Under the pieces are notes generated by a model. It saw only the letters and a program-made list of their open reading frames with translations, did no database searches and had not been told where the DNA came from. From a virus (lineage: Duplodnaviria > Caudoviricetes): DNA of 64,000 nucleotides. Position 1 is the stretch's first letter, and each line of letters starts with the position of its first letter. Positions 57,272 to 64,000 of this stretch are shown here, in pieces. Where the stretch lies: IMG/VR virus record IMGVR_UViG_3300044448_008243, positions 8,088 to 72,087 of that record; one strand, given 5' to 3'. Both the position numbers and the translations under genes were made by a program.

Positions 57272-59077
57272 TTGAGCGATTTATTACAAACGCCCCCAAT
57301 AAATTATACAAGTAGAGAATTTGCTACCATTAAGCAGGATCTGGTGTCTTATGCAAAGAGATATTATCCAGACACCTTTAGGGATTTCACAGATGCCTCG
57401 TTTGGATCCATGGTTTTGGACATGGTGGCATATGTCGGAGATGTAATTTCATTTTACCTAGACTATCAGGTAAACGAATCTTTTTTAGATAGTGCGATTG
57501 AATATAACAATATTATGAGGCTAGCTAGACAGGCAGGCTTCAAAACCTCTCGCTCTTTTTCCTCTACTGGAGAGATAACACTATACATAATAGTTCCTTC
57601 CTCAACAACATCTGGTGTAGGACAGCCAGATTTAGCATATGCTCCTATATTAAGGGCGGGATCAAAATTTATTTCTAATTCTGGTGCAACTTTTACTTTA
57701 GTTGATGATGTTGATTTTGCTAATACAAATAACGAGATAGTTGTAGCAGAGGTAAATTCAGTAAATGGCAGCCCAACCTCGTATGCTGTAAAAACTTTTG
57801 GCAAGATAATATCGGGAGAACTTAAAGTAGAATATATTTCTGTAGGAGAATATAGAAGGTACCCATCGTATGTACTGTCGGATGATAACATAGTTGAAAT
57901 TGTGTCCATTACAGATAGCAGCGGTAACAAATATTATGAAGTTGAGCACTTAAGCCAAGATAGTATCTATGTTCCTGTAAAAAACACTAAAGATGATAAA
58001 TCACTTGCTCCCTATGTGATCAAGCCATTGTCTGTTCCAAGAAGATTCACCGTGGAGCCCACTGGTAGAAAAACTGTTATACAATTTGGTCAAGGATCAG
58101 ACAAAAGAATGTCAGATGATAAAATAACGGACCCATCTAAAGTAGTTTTAAAAGCTCACGCAAAAAATTATATAACAGATAAAACATTCGATCCAACTAA
58201 ATTGTTGGAAACTGATAAGTTAGGTGTAGCACCATCAAATACGACACTAACGGTTATATACAGGTCAAATCATGCAAACAACGTAAACATAGCTGCTAGA
58301 ACCATAAGTGATGCAGCAGATTTAGATTTTTCTTTTAATAACGCAGCTGCATTAAATCAAACTAAAATTTCAACAGCAGTGGCTTCGTTGGAATATGAAA
58401 ACGAAAGCCCAATAGTGGGTGACACTTCAATACCAGATGTTGAAGAAATAAGACTCCGCGCCTTGGGCTTTTACTCAGCCCAATCAAGGGCTGTTACAAA
58501 GCAAGATTATATTTCGCTTGTTTATAATATGCCACCAAAATTTGGCTCTGTTAAAAGAGTGAATTTAATGCAAGATAAAGATTCGTTTAAAAGAAACTTA
58601 AACATGTATGTGGTATCTGAAAACGCCTCTGGGCACCTCATCCAAACCCCATCGACCATTAAGAGTAACTTAAAAACATGGTTAACAAATTATAAGATGA
58701 TAAATGATACGATAGATATAATGGATGCCAAAGTCGTAAACCTAGCAATAGAATATCAAGTTATGATTGATACAGATGAGAACCGATTTGGAGCACTAGA
58801 TTTTATAAATGAAAGTTTAGGTTCGTTTTTTGCAAATAAATATGATATAGGCGAACCATTTATGTATTCAGATATATTCAATGTATTGAAAGAAATAAGT
58901 TTTGTGCTAGACGTAAAAGACATAGATATAAAATTGCAGACTGGTGCACTATATGCTAGCAGCTTCTTTGATGTAAAGAGAAACAAATCAGCTGATGGAA
59001 GAATGATAATTTGCCCAAAAGACCACATTTTTGAGATAAGATATCCTAATGTTGATATAAGAGGATCAATAGTATAA
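57272..59077 (+). CDS. Baseplate wedge subunit (T4 gp6 / baseplate J-like)
   Basis: INYTSREFATIKQDL, DFTDASFGSMVLDMVAY...FYLD...NESFLDSA and Q.RAVTKQDY. TTG start. Confidence 0.9.
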   Translation: MSDLLQTPPINYTSREFATIKQDLVSYAKRYYPDTFRDFTDASFGSMVLDMVAYVGDVISFYLDYQVNESFLDSAIEYNNIMRLARQAGFKTSRSFSSTGEITLYIIVPSSTTSGVGQPDLAYAPILRAGSKFISNSGATFTLVDDVDFANTNNEIVVAEVNSVNGSPTSYAVKTFGKIISGELKVEYISVGEYRRYPSYVLSDDNIVEIVSITDSSGNKYYEVEHLSQDSIYVPVKNTKDDKSLAPYVIKPLSVPRRFTVEPTGRKTVIQFGQGSDKRMSDDKITDPSKVVLKAHAKNYITDKTFDPTKLLETDKLGVAPSNTTLTVIYRSNHANNVNIAARTISDAADLDFSFNNAAALNQTKISTAVASLEYENESPIVGDTSIPDVEEIRLRALGFYSAQSRAVTKQDYISLVYNMPPKFGSVKRVNLMQDKDSFKRNLNMYVVSENASGHLIQTPSTIKSNLKTWLTNYKMINDTIDIMDAKVVNLAIEYQVMIDTDENRFGALDFINESLGSFFANKYDIGEPFMYSDIFNVLKEISFVLDVKDIDIKLQTGALYASSFFDVKRNKSADGRMIICPKDHIFEIRYPNVDIRGSIV

Positions 59078-61017
59078 TGGCTATTAAAAGATATATTGCT
59101 AACGCAGACAATACAATAACGGATGCATTACAGGTGGATCTATCAACAAGAGGTACTGGCTCTAATATGGGTGCAGCCGATATTTTAGAAGCTTTTTACA
59201 TTTATGGTCAAGTTTCGGAAGGCACATCTTCCCTTGTGAATACATCAGAAAAATCTAGGATTTTGATTCAATTTGATGTAGATAAAATGAATGAGGACAG
59301 AACTAGTGGGCTAATACCTGCAAGCGGTAATGTTGCTTGGCATCTTAATTTATATAACGCGCCCCATGCATTTACAACGCCAAAAGATTATAAAATGGTA
59401 GTTAAAGTTTGTTCTGGTTCTTGGCAAGAAGGTCGCGGCTTGGATATGGAAAACTACGCCGATCAAACTTTTGAAGGCACTGGATCAAACTGGATAAGAA
59501 AAGGCGCACCCGGCGATGGATATTCTACGTGGCTAACTGAAGGCGGAGATTTTGCAGAAAGCAGCTTATCACCCGCATATACAGCCTCTTTTACTGATGG
59601 TACAGAAAATCTGTCCATTGATATTAGTAATATTGTTGAGGACTGGATGACAGGCGGTGTAAAAGCAGCGGGAACATTTAGATGCACCGAAGGCGGAACA
59701 GTGCCAGCCGATTACAATAACGCCGAATTCACCTTAACAGACGCCCAAGGGACATCATTTGTTTACCACCTCGATTCATCAACCGCAACTAATTCTGGCA
59801 ATACTATAGGAATAAGTGGTCTAGGAACCAATAGTCTTGTAGCATCAAAAATTAAAGATGCCATTAACGCAACTGATATACTGAGAATAACAGCAACAGT
59901 TGACACCGCAGATGTCACAGTTACGATGGATGATTTAGGTTTGGCAGGGAACAATGCTGGAGGATTAGGAAGTATAGACATAACAGGGTCACAAGGGGGC
60001 GGCGCGGATCGGTTTAATGTAAGTTCAAATTTTCAAAACGGAACAGGTATACCAAACTACGGGCTAGGCGTGTTCTTGTCAGCTAGCTTTGAAACAGGCT
60101 CTTATTCACATTACACCAAAAAGTTCTTCTCTAGATCAAGTGAGTATTTTTTCAAAAGACCAAACTTAGAGGCTAGATGGGATGATTCTAAAAAAGATGA
60201 CGCTGCTTATTTTGTACAAAGTAGTTCTTTAGCAACAGCAGATGATAATATAAACACTTTATTTTTGTACAATTATGTCAAAGGAAAATTGCAGAATATA
60301 CCTGCGAACCCAAGTCATGCTAACACGAGCGTTATATATGCTAGCGTATACTCGAATTCGGTGGGAAATGTTTATGATAAAATCCCGCTACCAGTCGGTG
60401 GCGGCGTAACAACAACTGGATTTCATAATGTTACAGGCGGAATTTACATAGGACCTGAAGGCGCAGTAGCTGGGGTGTACACCGCTTCTTTTGCGATGTC
60501 TCATTCATTAAGCGAAGTGTACCCTGTGTGGCATTACGAAGATGATGTAGTATATCATACTGGGTCAAAAATAGATGTAAACACAATCAATGCATCAAAT
60601 TATAACCCTAATCCAAAATACATAACAACAATTGAAAACATGAAGCCATATTATTCAGCGGAAGAGAATGCTAGGTTTAGGTTATTCGTGAGAAGCAGAA
60701 ATTGGGATCCAAATAATTATACAGTTATGCAGGGCACTCAAACTGGAATAGCAATTGAGGATGCCTACTATAGCTTATGCAGAACCAGTGATGATTATGA
60801 AATAATTTCATATGGCACTGGGTCTTCTGTAACACCTCAGGCAACTGGATCAGCTGGATCATACACAAGATTATCTTACGATCTCTCTGGCAATTATTTT
60901 GATTTAGATATGTCCTTGTTGCAAAAAGGATACCAGTATGAATTGAAATTTGTTTATTATGTAAATGGTTCTTATGAAGAACAGAAGGAATCTTTTAAAT
61001 TTAAGGTCGAGGAATAA
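59077..61017 (+). CDS. Virion structural protein (DNRLRE-like N-terminal domain with an internal insertion)
   Basis: DNTI...SRILIQFD...W.EG.G...W...GGD and FFSRSSEYFFKRPNLEARWDD. Confidence 0.65.
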   Translation: MAIKRYIANADNTITDALQVDLSTRGTGSNMGAADILEAFYIYGQVSEGTSSLVNTSEKSRILIQFDVDKMNEDRTSGLIPASGNVAWHLNLYNAPHAFTTPKDYKMVVKVCSGSWQEGRGLDMENYADQTFEGTGSNWIRKGAPGDGYSTWLTEGGDFAESSLSPAYTASFTDGTENLSIDISNIVEDWMTGGVKAAGTFRCTEGGTVPADYNNAEFTLTDAQGTSFVYHLDSSTATNSGNTIGISGLGTNSLVASKIKDAINATDILRITATVDTADVTVTMDDLGLAGNNAGGLGSIDITGSQGGGADRFNVSSNFQNGTGIPNYGLGVFLSASFETGSYSHYTKKFFSRSSEYFFKRPNLEARWDDSKKDDAAYFVQSSSLATADDNINTLFLYNYVKGKLQNIPANPSHANTSVIYASVYSNSVGNVYDKIPLPVGGGVTTTGFHNVTGGIYIGPEGAVAGVYTASFAMSHSLSEVYPVWHYEDDVVYHTGSKIDVNTINASNYNPNPKYITTIENMKPYYSAEENARFRLFVRSRNWDPNNYTVMQGTQTGIAIEDAYYSLCRTSDDYEIISYGTGSSVTPQATGSAGSYTRLSYDLSGNYFDLDMSLLQKGYQYELKFVYYVNGSYEEQKESFKFKVEE

Positions 61018-64000
61018 TGTCAACGAAGCAAGATAGAATAAAATATCTTTTTAAAGAAACAAAAACTCTTAGTTCTGCTAGCTTAGATGAGCAAGCAAGA
61101 AAGGCAGAATCACCAGATTATGTAAAAGAGTTTTTAAAAGACAAGAAGAGATTTTTTCCAAACACTGATTTTAGTAATCCTTGGTATTTTGCACGTTTTG
61201 GTTCAGCCGAACAATATTATAAAAAATCAATAGAAAATATCTATAAAACATATCCTTATGATGGATCATTGAAGGAGAAATATGAGTGGCATAATTCTTC
61301 TTCTTACATGGATAATTACATATTTGAATACGAGTACCCAAGAACAAATGGGTACGTTGTTTTAGGGCAGAACTGGGGAACTGTTGATGATTCAGAAACT
61401 GTATCTGGTGTAGCAGGGGAATCAACATATAAAAAATCTACAACTCCACAATATATTTCTATCAAAGGAGGACCAAATGCTGCATCTAAAATGTCTTATG
61501 AGCTTGATGCGACATCTCCTTTAGATACCCCAACTTTTAAAAACAAAAAATTTAAAGCAAATGTTTATAGCTCTGGGAGTTCTCAAGCAGAAAACTTAAC
61601 TGTAGATGGGATTAACGGAAACACTGTTGAGTTTTGGTTAAAATTACCCAGCAGCCCAACAACTAGCCAAACTTCACCAGCTCATGCATACTTTGATTTG
61701 TGGAATGGGAATGCAATAAACTCACACAATTATGGTCGTTTCTTAATTGAGACAATATATGACGTAGATGGTTCAGGGGATCCAGACGGCACGTATCAGG
61801 GTGGGTTTATTTTTCACTTAAGTTATGCATCCGGCTCTTCTGGTGTCCAAAGAGCAAGAATAGGTAGGTACACATTTCCTGCATATGAAAATGTGACTCT
61901 TTCTGATTGGAATCATTATGCATTTTCTGTGCAAAACAACCCAACCGGATCTGATCACTTGTTAATGAAATTGTATGTAAATGGGCACCTCATCGATACA
62001 ATACATACAGGTTCTCAAATAAGCAACGTTGGCTCTCTTCCAATGAATGCTAATATTGGTGCGTATAGGACCGGACCAACGCCCTCTTTGGTTGCCGCTG
62101 GTGTAGGTGATGGTCACGGGTCTTTGTCTGGTTCCTCGATTGATGAATTTAGATTTTGGAAAAAAATAAGAAATTCAGAACAAATAGGCATTAATTGGTT
62201 CAAACAAATTTCAGGTGGAACAAATAGCGATTTTGGGCAGAAAGGAACAAAATTTAGCGGTTCTACACACCCTGTTGACTTAGGTGTATATTTTAAATTT
62301 AACGAAGGAATTTCAGGCATAACCCCCCTAGATTCTTCTGTTTTGGATTATTCAGGCAGAGTATCAAATGGTACGATTCAAAACTACAACTCATCGCCAG
62401 AAATGAGATTTGTTGGTTCAGCTATTGTTAGCGCTTCTGCGGCAGAACGAGAATTTAAAGATCCAATCTTGTATAAAAACCACCCATCAGTAAAATCTTA
62501 TTATGATTCTTCTGTATTGAAGGGCGTAGAGCACGATTCAAGAAATACGTCGGCAATCTACGATATGATACCCCAGTGGATATTGGATGAGGATGCAGAA
62601 AAATCAGGGTTTAAAGTAAAAGAGCTAACACAAATAATGGCTAGCTATTTCGATGAATTGTTTATACAAGCAGAGAACATAACATCTTTCAAGGACATAG
62701 ATTATCTTAGCGGCAGTTTAAGTTCCAGCGTCAATAGACCAATTCCGTTTGCCAATAGATTATTAACAAGCAAAGGCTTTCCCGCCCCAGAGTTGTTTTC
62801 AAATGCAGATGTTTTGTCATCTCTGGCAAACAGAGATGATGAGAGGGAGTATGAAAAGTCTTTAAACGATGTAAAAAATCAATTATACACAAACATACAC
62901 AACAATTTTTTGGCAATTAACAAATCAAAAGGTACAGAAAAATCAATTAGAAATCTTTTGAGAAGTGTGGGTGTCGATAACGAAATATACTCAATTAATT
63001 TTTATGCAAATAATGCTGACATATCGCTAAACCAGTCTATAGTTCCCACTACCATTGAAAAGAATTTTATTGATTTTACACACACAGGCAGCTTCGGTGG
63101 GAGCATATATCAAAGTAGTGCTTCTTCAGACACAAATACGGTAACGTTCTTAACAGGTAGTGATACTACGGGAGGATTTGATAGAGAATTAGGTTTTACA
63201 GTCGAACTTGAGACTGTTTTCCCTAGACAACCATCCTTTGAAAACCCGGATTACGCAGACAGATTTTTTGAACCAGTATCAGCTTCTCTTTTCGGAATGC
63301 ACTCCGCAGTCGGCGTAAGCGATACAATGGCAGACGTGGGTGATACGTCTTTTGATGCAATAGATTATGCAAACTTTCAAGTTTATGCAATAAAAGAACC
63401 ATTGGCAATAGGAGCCAATGCAAACAATCCCAATGCAAATCAGGTATATTTTCTTTTAACAAGTGAACCTCCAAACGATTCTACTAGCAGATTATTTGAA
63501 AGCGTGGCTTCTCAACTCTATACGGGTGTTTATGATACGGAAAAGTGGAACTTTGCAGTTAAAGTGTTACCCACCAACTATCCAAATGTTGGTATTGTAA
63601 GTGGGTCAAATCCTTACACGATAGAATTTCACGGATACAACACCATCGGTGATCAAGTTAAAAATTCATTTGTTTTAACATCTAGCATGACTAATGCAAA
63701 CGGAAGAAGGTTCTTATCTCAGAAAAAAAGAATATATGTCGGAGCCCATAGGCAAAACTTTACAGGTTCCATTCTTGCCAAAACTAATACAAAAGTTTCT
63801 GCTTGTAGATATTGGGCTCTTCCGCTAGAAAGAGACGAGTTGGTATCTCACGCAATAGACGCCAGCAATTATGGCTTATTTAATCCAAATGAAAATGCTT
63901 ACTTATTTCAAAATTTCCAAAATGTAAATGTTTCAAAAATAGATACTCTGGCTCTCAATTGGGAATTTAGCACAATAACTGGCTCAAATTCTAATGGTCC
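61017..64000 (+). CDS. Large baseplate wedge/structural protein with LamG (concanavalin A-like) domains, 3'-truncated; missing from the ORF track
   Basis: ATG overlaps the previous TAA. Spot checks keep the same frame: FGSAEQYY...YPYDGS, TVEFWLK, WNHYAFSV (61908), LYVNG, IDEFRFWK and KWNFAV (63546). Confidence 0.85.
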   Translation, partial: MSTKQDRIKYLFKETKTLSSASLDEQARKAESPDYVKEFLKDKKRFFPNTDFSNPWYFARFGSAEQYYKKSIENIYKTYPYDGSLKEKYEWHNSSSYMDNYIFEYEYPRTNGYVVLGQNWGTVDDSETVSGVAGESTYKKSTTPQYISIKGGPNAASKMSYELDATSPLDTPTFKNKKFKANVYSSGSSQAENLTVDGINGNTVEFWLKLPSSPTTSQTSPAHAYFDLWNGNAINSHNYGRFLIETIYDVDGSGDPDGTYQGGFIFHLSYASGSSGVQRARIGRYTFPAYENVTLSDWNHYAFSVQNNPTGSDHLLMKLYVNGHLIDTIHTGSQISNVGSLPMNANIGAYRTGPTPSLVAAGVGDGHGSLSGSSIDEFRFWKKIRNSEQIGINWFKQISGGTNSDFGQKGTKFSGSTHPVDLGVYFKFNEGISGITPLDSSVLDYSGRVSNGTIQNYNSSPEMRFVGSAIVSASAAEREFKDPILYKNHPSVKSYYDSSVLKGVEHDSRNTSAIYDMIPQWILDEDAEKSGFKVKELTQIMASYFDELFIQAENITSFKDIDYLSGSLSSSVNRPIPFANRLLTSKGFPAPELFSNADVLSSLANRDDEREYEKSLNDVKNQLYTNIHNNFLAINKSKGTEKSIRNLLRSVGVDNEIYSINFYANNADISLNQSIVPTTIEKNFIDFTHTGSFGGSIYQSSASSDTNTVTFLTGSDTTGGFDRELGFTVELETVFPRQPSFENPDYADRFFEPVSASLFGMHSAVGVSDTMADVGDTSFDAIDYANFQVYAIKEPLAIGANANNPNANQVYFLLTSEPPNDSTSRLFESVASQLYTGVYDTEKWNFAVKVLPTNYPNVGIVSGSNPYTIEFHGYNTIGDQVKNSFVLTSSMTNANGRRFLSQKKRIYVGAHRQNFTGSILAKTNTKVSACRYWALPLERDELVSHAIDASNYGLFNPNENAYLFQNFQNVNVSKIDTLALNWEFSTITGSNSNG

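Overview
A 64-kb piece of a large, AT-rich tailed-phage (jumbo myovirus-like) genome in the standard genetic code; the host is probably Gram-negative, inferred from the TonB, periplasmic-type cytochrome and LPS-type genes. Four blocks. (1) 1-10.5 kb: the 3' end of purA, then putative virion or head-packaged proteins. These include a beta-helix protein, a 911-aa ligase-like/NMNAT-like/ART-like fusion and a tandem paralogue pair. (2) 9-20 kb: a host-takeover block with four tRNAs, a complete tmRNA (tag ANTDTYSEYALAA) behind a structured ~175-nt leader, a Fis-like HTH protein, a YkuK-like RNase H, a lytic transglycosylase, a tubulin/FtsZ-family GTPase, a CxxCH cytochrome c, ClpP, TonB, a trypsin-like protease, PhoH and a Cas4-like nuclease. 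(3) 20.1-42.4 kb: a translationally coupled island of ~27 glycosyltransferase and NDP-sugar genes with no visible flippase, polymerase or priming transferase. (4) 43-64 kb: a putative late sigma factor, then a baseplate module (split gp5-like hub with an M15 peptidase, a 3205-aa orphan, gp25, a gp6/J-like protein and a LamG wedge protein running off the end). Two promoter classes are visible: sigma70 TTGACA-N17-TATAAT and a strand-specific ACTA[T/G/C]TTA motif. All product calls come from motifs recognised by eye; no database search was run.
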